Origin: a virus
Lineage: Duplodnaviria; Caudoviricetes
Direction: 5' to 3' (one strand)
Length of the DNA: 42,903 nucleotides
IMG/VR virus record: IMGVR_UViG_3300037631_002846
Span: 1 to 42,903 of that record
A model generated the notes under the pieces. It did not search any database. It had not been told where the DNA came from and saw only the letters and a list, made by a program, of their open reading frames with translations. Positions 8,301 to 17,729 of this stretch are shown here, in pieces; the stretch's first letter is position 1; each line of letters starts with the position of its first letter. The translations under genes were made by a program, and so were the position numbers.

Positions 8301-11300
8301 CTAATTTTTGTTTTCAATGGTTACTTCAGGAAGCTTTTTCCCTGGGTTTTGTTTCTGCCAAAGTTTTTTAAGCCTTTCTTGCTCTTTATCGTATTTTTCT
8401 TTATCTTTTATTTTTTCGTCTATTTTATATTTTTTAATTAGATTTGTAATTAAACCCAACCTTTCCCATCTGCTTAAATCCTCTGTAATAGAAAGTCTTA
8501 CGTTATCAATTCTACTTACTGGAGCACTTGTAAAAAATTCTGTTAAATTAATAGTGACTCCAATTAAATCTTTTTCACCTAAATCGTAAATAGCTGATTT
8601 AGCTGTTCGTATTTTATCGCCAATAGGAGGAGAAAATTGTTCTAGCGCATTATAAATTATATTCTGCGGCTCTTGGTATGTTTTTTTAGAGTATTCTATA
8701 TCTAAAAAATTACTAAGCTCCCTCATAAATTCATTTTCAGGAAGTATTGTTACTTCAAGTTTTCCCTTATCAGGATTTAGTACATATGTTTTTTCATATT
8801 TACTTTTTTCCTGGTTCTCTTTTGCAAGATAATACTCATAAAGATCAAAAAGAATGTTTTTTACTTGAGAAAGAGCAAAAGGAAACATTCCAAACCCTTT
8901 TAAAGATGAATCTACGCCTCTGTTTATTAACTTTCCAAGCTTCTTCTTTTTCTTTATTTCCTCATCATCATCCCCAATAAGGCTTAAAAGAAACTTAATA
9001 GTTTGGAAAAGTATAGCTTGAACAAGTCCAAAGTAAGCGACATTAGATATATTGTCGGACAAGTTCCCCCTTTTGTTTTTTATGTTAGAAGCAGCTTCGT
9101 AAATTTTTCTGCTGTATTGCATAGAAACCCCGTTAAATGAAAGAATAAACCTAATAACAGCATTTTTTTGATCTGCACTAAGTCTGTTTTGACTAGAAGA
9201 TTGCTGACTGCTATTTGTTACCTCGTACGTTCTTTTTAAGGCTTCTTTTTTAGCCATTTCGTATGCGTCTTTTTTGCTATTTGTTTTTGAGTATTTAGAA
9301 AACAATTCATCTCTTTTAGCTGCGTAATAAGGGATTCCTCCAAGTCCTATCGCTAAAGAATCCATTGTGGTTGTTAAAATATATCCCTTTGCTAGAATTT
9401 GATCAACCAGAAGTCCTGATTTCTCCCAAGGTGTGAACTCTCCAAACTCAGAGTTTTTTAACTCTGTAATTTCTATACTAGATAAGTTTTTCTTAAACCT
9501 TCTTATGTAAGATGGGTCTGATAAAAACTCTTTTTTAGCGTCTATCATTCTTTGGTCTCCAGAAAGATAACTTATGTAATTATTAAAATAATCTTTTGAA
9601 CTTACATCTTCAAACGCATAGTTGATAAAAGAAATGGGTTGAGTAAGTGCTGAAACAGGATTTAAAAACATAATTTTGGCATTTGATCTATTTAGCCACT
9701 TGGTGAACATCCCATAATTTTTTTGATCGCTTCTTGTAGATTTGTTTTGTCCGTAAATTACGTCATTTACTGAATTTTGTAATTGACTTGCAAAACTTGA
9801 CCCGTATTGGTCTTTTATCAATCTAATATTTTTATCTGAAAGCATGGCTTTAAAGCTTCTCAATAAAGATATAGAGTGAACCATGTTTGTCATTCCAGAA
9901 ACATACTGTTCAAACATTAAGTCGCTATGCCTTATATTTAAAGAGCCTCCTTTCTTTCTTTCAAAAGAATTTGGAGCAAACGCAGAAATGTTAAATTCCT
10001 TGCTAAATATGCTTGCTTTTTGCATCATTTCAACATCTGTGCCTAACACAGAAATAGGAGAGTAAGACTCTTTTATAGGAATGTTGTAAATCCCTCCATA
10101 TATTGACTCTAATATTTTATAATATTTATCTGCAAAATTTTTACCCATTTGTTTTTCTAGCTCTTCTTTGGTTTTTGTATCTACATTAGCTATTCCTTCA
10201 TAACCATTATCCTCAAGCGCTTTGTTAACATCAGGTAGATAGCTTTTGTATATCTCAACTAGACCATCGGCATATTTTTTTACATCTTTGTTTTCGTTTA
10301 CAAAATCTACAATCTCTTTTATTTCGTTAAAACTATATCCAGAATTTAAAAATTTCTCTACACCAGTTTTCTGTTTAAAAGCATTGTATAAATACACAAC
10401 ATTACCAACAAGAAGATCTGGAGAGCTTATTCCTTGAGAGTTAGTTAATACAATACCTGTTTTTTGAGAGATTCTAGGAGCCTTAAATTTATCAATTGCT
10501 TTGCTTCCAAAAGCCCTTTTACTTAACGCTATTTTTTTGCTTTCTAAAATTTGAGAGTCGCTGTCAACTCCGTAAAACTTGTCGGACATTGGAGAGTTTA
10601 CGTTATTTTTTATCCAATCCGCCGTTTCTTGTGTTGAAGTAAACTTGCTAAACATAAGGGGAGTGTCAAAAAAGGTTCTAGCTAACATCCAATTTACAGT
10701 CTTGAAAAACGATGTTTTTTTAATATCAGGCTGAAGGGGATTATATATGGCATCCCCAGATATGTCACTATTTTCATCATACACTAAATCAAACTGTTTT
10801 TTTGAATCAAACAATACTCCATTAATTATAATAGTTTGTCCTGACTCTAAAGCTTTTATTGCTTCATCTACGTTTTTAATTTGCGTTTTAAGGTTTCTTT
10901 TTTCGGCTATTATATTTGCAATTTGAAGCTCTTGAAACTTTAACATTTCTTTAACTGCTTGTTTTAGTCTTTTTTCAGTTGAAACCCCTCCTTTAAATAT
11001 AGAATCAAGATTATTAAATAGAACCTTAAGGTCTTTTCGTTTCATTTTATTTACGGCACTCATAGGATATGCTGCATTAAAACGTTTCAATAAAGAAACA
11101 ACATCTTTAGGTAATTTTCTTTTTGCTGGAGCTAGGCTTCCTTTTTCTTTTTTAAACCTCCAATTTTTAGGATCTAATATATTTTTTATTTTCTTTTTAT
11201 AAAAACTATCTGTCTTAAGTTCAGATTTTCTTATTTCTTCCTCTGTATATTTAAGTTTCTTTAAAATATTTTTTATCTCTTCATAAGAAAGGTCTTTGCC

Positions 11301-14300
11301 TCCAGGCTTAAATTCAATATTTCTTATCTCTTTGTTTATCTCTTCATTTCTTTTTGAAGATTTTTTTCTGCTTCCACCTACGGCAGCTAACAATATAATA
11401 GAAGCCTCTATGGGGTTTGGAGACATAGGAGAGTCAGGCACAGGGATTCCTTTGTCAGAAACTTCTTGAAGCGTTATTTCGCCTTTATTATTTAAAGCAG
11501 ACTTTGGTATTATAAGAGCACCTCCAGAATAAGGGTGAAGCTCGTTGTATCCAGAAAATTGCTCTGTACTTAAAATTCCACCGATTGCCTTTGGTTTTGC
11601 AGTGTAAGAACCAGCGTCGTAAGAAGTGACTATTAATTTTTTAGGGTCTACACCAAACTCCTTAATAATGTTTTCGCCTTCAAGCTTTATTGACTTAAGA
11701 GGTCCATTAAAATCTCTTACTATTTCATTTCCTAAATTATCAGTAAATATAAACGAAACAGACCCTCCGCTAAACCTACCATATAGGTTATCGTTTTTAT
11801 CTACAGTCATTAAAGATCTAACACCTTCGCCACTTTTGGTTGTTATCATCTTAACATTTTTGATGTCAGGGTGATTTTTATATTTATCCCAATTAAGATC
11901 AGAAAATGTCCATTGAGACAACCTAGTTATTGCTATGTCTGAAGAATCCAAGTCTTTTGCTAACTTGTATTTTACGTTAACTTTATTGCCTGGTAGAATT
12001 GTAAATACTGGAACGTAATTATCTGGCTCTTTTGACTTTATATTTCTTTTAAATTTGTCAGAGTATTTTTTAAGGTCAGACTTGCTTGTTTTGCTTGACA
12101 AGTCAACTCCGAGTGCTCCATCAAGAATCATAAATTGAGAAACAGCTAAAGCGTCTTTTACCTTTATTACGGAATCTTTGTAGTTAGCTTTTACTGGGGT
12201 AGTATAATATGTGAAACCATTTTTATTTAAATACTGATTTCTAGTTAAAGCAAGGGAATCTGTTTTGTTTCTTTTATTTCTCCAGTGATTATCGGGGACT
12301 ACAGACACTAATTCCGTAAACGTCATTTCTTTCTCGTATACCGAATTATCTTCAGTTTTAGGAGCACTAGGCGCTAGAGTAAGGTCTTTAACATTTACTT
12401 CCTCATCAGTGTGATTAACAAGTCCTATCATTTTAAAATACCTCATAGCGGAGTCTGCCAAATTATCTGGAAGTATTTCTACAGAAGTGCGCACTAATTC
12501 TTCAACGCTAAAGCTATTGGTGGAAGAGTTAAAAGACATTCCCGAAACAATAGACCCAACTAAAGCGGCTATTAATATAGATTTCTTTATAAGCTTAACA
12601 ATTCTATCAATTATTTTTCTAAAGAAAGGCTTTTTGCTTTTAGTTGACTTGGAACCATTTAGATTTTCCTTTACTTCAGCTAATATTATTCCTTTAGCTT
12701 CTGATTTAGAAACACCAAACTCTTTCGCAACTTTATCTGTTTCTTGATCTGTCGTGTTGTCTTTTACGAATTTATCAATAGAACTAGATAGTTGTTTAAC
12801 GTTTTCAACTGCCTTTTCTTTAAGTCCATCAACATCTGAAGATTCAGAAATTTTGGTTTCTCCCGTCTTGGAGTCTGTTGTTAATGTTACTGGATATGGT
12901 TTAAATGAAATGAGTTTTACTAACTCTTCTGGAGTTGATTTTTTATCTTCAGAAGCAGCTTGAGTTTTATTTAAAAAACTAGTTTCAACGTCTCTTAATA
13001 CAATTCCCTTACCTATTGTAGATAGTTTATTTATAGCTTTAAGTTTGCTGTCAAATATCCCTTCTGAAATTAATAAATCAGTTAACGCATCATACGTTAA
13101 CTCTTCGTCATTTAAGTAATCGTAGTCAAATTCCTCAATTACATTTCCCTTGTAAACGTCAGTTAATATGTCAACTGCTGACGAATTAGGGTTAGACATT
13201 CTTATTGATGTAATAATGCTTCTTAACGATGTTCTACTAACTTCAGAGTTTAGTATCCTATTGTTTGTTGCAGTAGGAGTTGGTTTAATTTTAGGTTGAG
13301 TTTTTTCAGCTGGTGCAGTTTCTATAGGCTCAACTGCTGCAGTTACATTTTTTTCTTTTACTTCTGTTACTTCTTCTTTTAATTCTGGAATCCTATACAT
13401 ACTCTCTTTGTGAGAGAAATCCCTGTTTATACCTTTATTTTCTACAAATCCAAATTGTTTGTAAAATTTCTTAAGTCTTGTAACAGATGTAGCTCCAAAT
13501 TCTTTTGATGGAGTTAAAGTAAATTTCAAATTATTTGCATCGGCATATTCTACTAAGTTCTGCATAGCTCTTGTGCCTATTCCCTCACCTCTTGAACCCT
13601 CAGGAACAATAATTCTTCCTAGATTAAGTGTTTTATTTTTCTTATCTTCAAAAACATCAATAGTTATATTAGGGTATTTTTCAGATATCGCCTCTAAGGA
13701 TTGAGGTTCTACTTCCTTTTTTGTTGTTTCTGCGCTTTCTGTAGCAGCGTCATCAGGCTGTTGTATGCTTTTACTTGCTCTGGAGTCGGTCTTTTTCCCA
13801 TCTTCTTTTAGTTTTAAATAATTTTTAATTATAATAGCTTGTTCGTCTGACAAAACAGTGCCTGTAATATCGTCAATAGCCTTCATAGAAGCTTCGCTAC
13901 CATCAAGATTACTGTATATATCAAAAGCCTCACCAGGAGTAGCTCCTTTTATTTTTGCAGCTTTATTTAATGCTGCTAGTTTTGATTTAGACCTTGTATA
14001 CTTTTCAGGATTAGCTTGTCTATCTATTATATAATCAATTGCATCTTGAGGTGTTATTTCTGCACCATATGTTTCAGAAAGCTCTTGGACATTAATATCC
14101 AAAGGTATTGCTTTTTTAGATAAAAATTTAATAGAGAAAGATTTATCTCCCTTTCTTAAATTAGCATCTCCGTAAGCGTCAAAATCTTTAGGCGTTATTC
14201 TACCTAAGTTTTCGTGTAAAAAACTAAAAAGTCCACCCTCTCCATCTCTATCTAATTGAGTTCGCTCTGCCTTACGTTCCGCCTCTTGCGTCTCGTAAGC

Positions 14301-17300
14301 TCTGTTTATCTCCTCGTCCTTTAACTCTTCTATTAAATCATTATCAACAAACCCTTCTTCCATAGCCTTGTTGTACTCTTCAATGTCGTAAGGAGCTTCT
14401 TCCGCAGGTGCAGTTTCTAACTTTTCCGATACTTCTTCAACGGGTGTAGTCTTTAATAAAGGAGATATTTTATCATTATACTTGTCGTATATCTCTTGAA
14501 ACTTAGTCTTACCCTCTTCAGTTGTTAGCTTTTCCTTGTCAACCTTGCCATCTGTCAAAGCATTCTCTGCACCAGGAATTTGTTCAAGCATTTCAGCTTG
14601 CTCTTCTGCTCTTAATTTTACAACCTCTGCTGGCACTTCGGATACCTCTTCCGTAGGAGCTTTGTTTATTTCATCAAATTTTTCGTTAAAATAGTTTACA
14701 AGAGATTCGTCATTATTTATAACAACTTCAATATTATTATCTTTAATAAAAAGCTCAGGCTGCTCTATTGTTAAATTAATTAAATCGTCCCTATTTATTA
14801 TTTTAGTTTCTTGATTTCCAATTTTTATTTCAACATAAGGTTGGTTGTATAAAGATGGATTTTCTATAAACAAACTTAAATTAGCCTCAGCGTTAGATTG
14901 TTCTTTTTTTGCTGCTTCATATAGGCCAGCTTGACCCTTAAGTTTTTCAGATTTTTCTTTAGCATTATTTACATCTTGAGTAAGCTTGCTAAACAATGCT
15001 TTTTGAGTGTTAGATAAGCTAGGGTACTTGCTCCAGTTTTCTTCAATTGATTTGTAAGACTCAACTTCTCTAATTAAAGAGTTGAACTTTTTTGGCGAAA
15101 TTTTACCTGAAAATCCAAAAGAAGAAATCCAAGCTTTTGTAAACCCTTCTCCATGATTAGACATAGAGCTTGATATGTGTTGAGAAAACAAATTATCTTT
15201 ATTAGCAACACTAGATAGTCTTAATTGATTCGTTAAATCATTTACAACATTTTCTTTTTGTGCAGAAGAATTAAATTCTGTTATAGCCCTAGTAACGCTA
15301 CCCATTAACCCAGCTCCAGGTATTACTTCAAGAGCAATTTCTTTGACAAATTCAGGGGTTACTTTTTCTCTCCAACCTTTAGACGTTATTTCTTCTCCTT
15401 TAATTGCTTTTTCTATTATAGTCTGTTCTTGAGCGCTCTGAGGGACTTCTTGAAGGGTTTCAGTAAAAGCTTCAGAAACTCCAGCAGCTCCAATACGAAG
15501 GTATTTATTTGGAATAAATTTTAATGCTGAATTAACGAAAGGTATGGCTTCAAAAGAATATAGATAAAAATTTTCTAACTGAGCATCAAGCATAGCTTCA
15601 CCAGCTTTGTTAGATTTTTCAAAACTACCCGTTCTCGCTAAAACATCTTTTTTAATAGACATAGTCATGTCTAAAGTTTCAGTTCCCCACCCAGCAATAG
15701 CTATTGCAGCAAAACGAGGTAACGTAGCCATGCCTTTAGTTTCCATAGCTACAATTCCTCCTGAAATTATACTTGGCAAGGCAGACCCAGCAAGCCTTCC
15801 TGCAGCTTTACTTGATTTAGAAAGATCTAATAACTCACTCCAATCTTTTATTTTATCTGGAGCAACATTAAAGGTTTGATTCATTTTATCTCCAAGAATG
15901 ATAAGGTTTTTATCATTACTAGCTAATCCGTATCCAGAGATTACACGACCAGTCGTACCAAAAAATTCTTTTCCAAAATTTAAAATAGGCTCAACTAAAA
16001 AACCATTCATATATTCTGGAAGAATAGGGTTTTTCTCGTCAGCTTTTAACTTTTTATTTTCTTGTTCAAAAAACTTTTTATAAGAATCTGAGTATATTGC
16101 ATTTAACTTAGCAATATCTTTGGGGTCTGGATTGTAAGTTAAATTAAATTCTAAATATTTAGCGTTCATTTCATCTGCAATATTTTTTTGCAGAGAATCT
16201 TTTTTTACATTAATAGAGTTTATTAAAAGCTCGTTACTAGAAATGTACTTTTCAAATAGTATAGAATTAATTTTTGTAAGGCGTTGATTTGCTTTCTCAT
16301 TAGATATAGATCTATTTGATAATTGTTGCTCTATTTTTTGTCTCTCTAGTTTTAAAAGATTTTTATAGTTGGAATATAAATTATCATTCTTAGATTCATA
16401 CTCGTTAGTAATTTCAAAGTCTATTTTTTTAGCCTCATTTAAATAAGAAAAATAAGCTGCATCGTTCTTTTTAAAAGCATCAAAACTTTCTTCCCCTATC
16501 TTTTTACTCAAAGCTTTTACTTCAGGATTATTTTTTGTGTCTTTTTGTACAAACTCAGAAGACCTATAGCTTTCCGCTTTATTATTTAATTTTTCATATA
16601 TGAGATTGTTTATTTGGAAAAAAGCTTGATCTTTCTTTTCCCCAAACACAAGGTCAATACCAGTTCCAGAAAAAATAGAGCCTTCTTTATCAATAGATTT
16701 AGGTAAAAGTTTTTTAGTTAATTTTGAAGAAAATTCATCTATTGCATTTAAATCTGGTCTTAAAACTCCACTTTGGTTCTTTTTAACGTAGTCTGCTAAA
16801 TTAATAGGTTTTATTTCCTTTTCTATTATTTTATTAAGATTTTTTTCTGCAAAATCATATAGTTGTGTCACTTCATATTTACCTTGGCTTTCTTCCATGT
16901 CTTGAAACAAAGGCAATGATAAAGCAAACATTTCTGTAGCTTTTTTAGGATTTGTTTCAAAAACATTATTTGATAAAACTAACGCATTTTTAAGGATATT
17001 AAGATTTGTTGAGTTTAGTTCTTTTTTTAATTCATCTGGATCGTCTAATGTTGCTACACCTTCTTCTTCTGTAAAGCTAAGCAAGTCTTGAAGTTCTTCT
17101 TTTCTTCCTATTAATTTTGCTATATTTTGATCTAAACTGTCAATGTTTGTATCTTTACTTAATTTAAAAAGTCTTTCTTGTTCTGGAAAAGCATCCCCTA
17201 ACATTTGTTGTTTTAAATAGTTTTCTGGGGTGGTAGTATTAAAAGCTCCAAATAGTGAGCTAGCTCTAGCGTCGTCAAGATTATTTATCCTTTTAGATAT

Positions 17301-17711
17301 TTCATCAAAATCATCATCAAGATTAATATTGCTTAAATCTTCTTCAGAAGGCATGCTTACTTCGGGAAGATATTTATTTTGTTTTTTTATTTGATTTTTA
17401 AAACTAAATTTATCTTCTTTTTTTTCTTGTTTTGATTGCACTAAAGGTCCAACCCCAGATGTTGAAACTTCTTCCGTTGCTGTGACCACATCTTCCTCCA
17501 CAACAACATCCTCCTTTCCCAAGTCTACACTTTCTTCTACTTTTATCGGATCTTTGTAGCTTTTTCCTGAGTTTAATGCTTTTAAGAACTCATCATCTTC
17601 TTCTTTTGTAAATTCTTGTCTTCTACGCCACTCTAAAACTACGCCTTCAATAACTCTTCTTGGCTCTCCAGCCGCAATCATTTTTTTAACAATCTGATCT
17701 AACTCTTCCAT
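8301..17711 (-). CDS. Giant (3136 aa) multidomain internal virion/ejection (cargo) protein
   Basis: Follows the tail and ejection genes. Contains Gly/Ala hydrophobic helices (~aa 570-820), a GNAT domain (~13385-13680), a hydrophobic-bounded domain (~11370-12590) and a long helical C-terminal region. No RNA polymerase catalytic motif in context. Confidence 0.8.
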   Translation of the reverse strand: MEELDQIVKKMIAAGEPRRVIEGVVLEWRRRQEFTKEEDDEFLKALNSGKSYKDPIKVEESVDLGKEDVVVEEDVVTATEEVSTSGVGPLVQSKQEKKEDKFSFKNQIKKQNKYLPEVSMPSEEDLSNINLDDDFDEISKRINNLDDARASSLFGAFNTTTPENYLKQQMLGDAFPEQERLFKLSKDTNIDSLDQNIAKLIGRKEELQDLLSFTEEEGVATLDDPDELKKELNSTNLNILKNALVLSNNVFETNPKKATEMFALSLPLFQDMEESQGKYEVTQLYDFAEKNLNKIIEKEIKPINLADYVKKNQSGVLRPDLNAIDEFSSKLTKKLLPKSIDKEGSIFSGTGIDLVFGEKKDQAFFQINNLIYEKLNNKAESYRSSEFVQKDTKNNPEVKALSKKIGEESFDAFKKNDAAYFSYLNEAKKIDFEITNEYESKNDNLYSNYKNLLKLERQKIEQQLSNRSISNEKANQRLTKINSILFEKYISSNELLINSINVKKDSLQKNIADEMNAKYLEFNLTYNPDPKDIAKLNAIYSDSYKKFFEQENKKLKADEKNPILPEYMNGFLVEPILNFGKEFFGTTGRVISGYGLASNDKNLIILGDKMNQTFNVAPDKIKDWSELLDLSKSSKAAGRLAGSALPSIISGGIVAMETKGMATLPRFAAIAIAGWGTETLDMTMSIKKDVLARTGSFEKSNKAGEAMLDAQLENFYLYSFEAIPFVNSALKFIPNKYLRIGAAGVSEAFTETLQEVPQSAQEQTIIEKAIKGEEITSKGWREKVTPEFVKEIALEVIPGAGLMGSVTRAITEFNSSAQKENVVNDLTNQLRLSSVANKDNLFSQHISSSMSNHGEGFTKAWISSFGFSGKISPKKFNSLIREVESYKSIEENWSKYPSLSNTQKALFSKLTQDVNNAKEKSEKLKGQAGLYEAAKKEQSNAEANLSLFIENPSLYNQPYVEIKIGNQETKIINRDDLINLTIEQPELFIKDNNIEVVINNDESLVNYFNEKFDEINKAPTEEVSEVPAEVVKLRAEEQAEMLEQIPGAENALTDGKVDKEKLTTEEGKTKFQEIYDKYNDKISPLLKTTPVEEVSEKLETAPAEEAPYDIEEYNKAMEEGFVDNDLIEELKDEEINRAYETQEAERKAERTQLDRDGEGGLFSFLHENLGRITPKDFDAYGDANLRKGDKSFSIKFLSKKAIPLDINVQELSETYGAEITPQDAIDYIIDRQANPEKYTRSKSKLAALNKAAKIKGATPGEAFDIYSNLDGSEASMKAIDDITGTVLSDEQAIIIKNYLKLKEDGKKTDSRASKSIQQPDDAATESAETTKKEVEPQSLEAISEKYPNITIDVFEDKKNKTLNLGRIIVPEGSRGEGIGTRAMQNLVEYADANNLKFTLTPSKEFGATSVTRLKKFYKQFGFVENKGINRDFSHKESMYRIPELKEEVTEVKEKNVTAAVEPIETAPAEKTQPKIKPTPTATNNRILNSEVSRTSLRSIITSIRMSNPNSSAVDILTDVYKGNVIEEFDYDYLNDEELTYDALTDLLISEGIFDSKLKAINKLSTIGKGIVLRDVETSFLNKTQAASEDKKSTPEELVKLISFKPYPVTLTTDSKTGETKISESSDVDGLKEKAVENVKQLSSSIDKFVKDNTTDQETDKVAKEFGVSKSEAKGIILAEVKENLNGSKSTKSKKPFFRKIIDRIVKLIKKSILIAALVGSIVSGMSFNSSTNSFSVEELVRTSVEILPDNLADSAMRYFKMIGLVNHTDEEVNVKDLTLAPSAPKTEDNSVYEKEMTFTELVSVVPDNHWRNKRNKTDSLALTRNQYLNKNGFTYYTTPVKANYKDSVIKVKDALAVSQFMILDGALGVDLSSKTSKSDLKKYSDKFKRNIKSKEPDNYVPVFTILPGNKVNVKYKLAKDLDSSDIAITRLSQWTFSDLNWDKYKNHPDIKNVKMITTKSGEGVRSLMTVDKNDNLYGRFSGGSVSFIFTDNLGNEIVRDFNGPLKSIKLEGENIIKEFGVDPKKLIVTSYDAGSYTAKPKAIGGILSTEQFSGYNELHPYSGGALIIPKSALNNKGEITLQEVSDKGIPVPDSPMSPNPIEASIILLAAVGGSRKKSSKRNEEINKEIRNIEFKPGGKDLSYEEIKNILKKLKYTEEEIRKSELKTDSFYKKKIKNILDPKNWRFKKEKGSLAPAKRKLPKDVVSLLKRFNAAYPMSAVNKMKRKDLKVLFNNLDSIFKGGVSTEKRLKQAVKEMLKFQELQIANIIAEKRNLKTQIKNVDEAIKALESGQTIIINGVLFDSKKQFDLVYDENSDISGDAIYNPLQPDIKKTSFFKTVNWMLARTFFDTPLMFSKFTSTQETADWIKNNVNSPMSDKFYGVDSDSQILESKKIALSKRAFGSKAIDKFKAPRISQKTGIVLTNSQGISSPDLLVGNVVYLYNAFKQKTGVEKFLNSGYSFNEIKEIVDFVNENKDVKKYADGLVEIYKSYLPDVNKALEDNGYEGIANVDTKTKEELEKQMGKNFADKYYKILESIYGGIYNIPIKESYSPISVLGTDVEMMQKASIFSKEFNISAFAPNSFERKKGGSLNIRHSDLMFEQYVSGMTNMVHSISLLRSFKAMLSDKNIRLIKDQYGSSFASQLQNSVNDVIYGQNKSTRSDQKNYGMFTKWLNRSNAKIMFLNPVSALTQPISFINYAFEDVSSKDYFNNYISYLSGDQRMIDAKKEFLSDPSYIRRFKKNLSSIEITELKNSEFGEFTPWEKSGLLVDQILAKGYILTTTMDSLAIGLGGIPYYAAKRDELFSKYSKTNSKKDAYEMAKKEALKRTYEVTNSSQQSSSQNRLSADQKNAVIRFILSFNGVSMQYSRKIYEAASNIKNKRGNLSDNISNVAYFGLVQAILFQTIKFLLSLIGDDDEEIKKKKKLGKLINRGVDSSLKGFGMFPFALSQVKNILFDLYEYYLAKENQEKSKYEKTYVLNPDKGKLEVTILPENEFMRELSNFLDIEYSKKTYQEPQNIIYNALEQFSPPIGDKIRTAKSAIYDLGEKDLIGVTINLTEFFTSAPVSRIDNVRLSITEDLSRWERLGLITNLIKKYKIDEKIKDKEKYDKEQERLKKLWQKQNPGKKLPEVTIENKN
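13709..13801 (-). CDS. Candidate overprinted 30-aa peptide nested in the +1 frame of the giant gene
   Basis: MGKRPTPEQVKAYNSLMTLLQKAQKQQKRK-TAG; AU-rich upstream (TTTAAAACTAAAAGAAG-ATG, A at -3); ends ~30 nt before the GNAT domain. Confidence 0.4.
   Translation of the reverse strand: MGKRPTPEQVKAYNSLMTLLQKAQKQQKRK
17457..17520 (-). other. Candidate -1 programmed ribosomal frameshift signal (slippery heptamer plus H-type pseudoknot)
   Basis: G GGA AAG in frame at Gly65-Lys66 (17520-17514); 6-nt spacer; stem 1 GUUGUUGUG/CACAGCAAC; stem 2 AGAUGU/ACAUCU. Confidence 0.65.
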
Positions 17712-17729
17712 ATTTATATATATAAAATA

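Noticed and set aside
8301-17711. Virion RNA polymerase as in crAss-like or N4 phages
   Set aside because: No DFDID/DFDGD-type catalytic motif in context. The only DxDxD-like run seen (LDDDFD) is in the acidic N-terminal linker. A profile search would be needed to exclude it fully.
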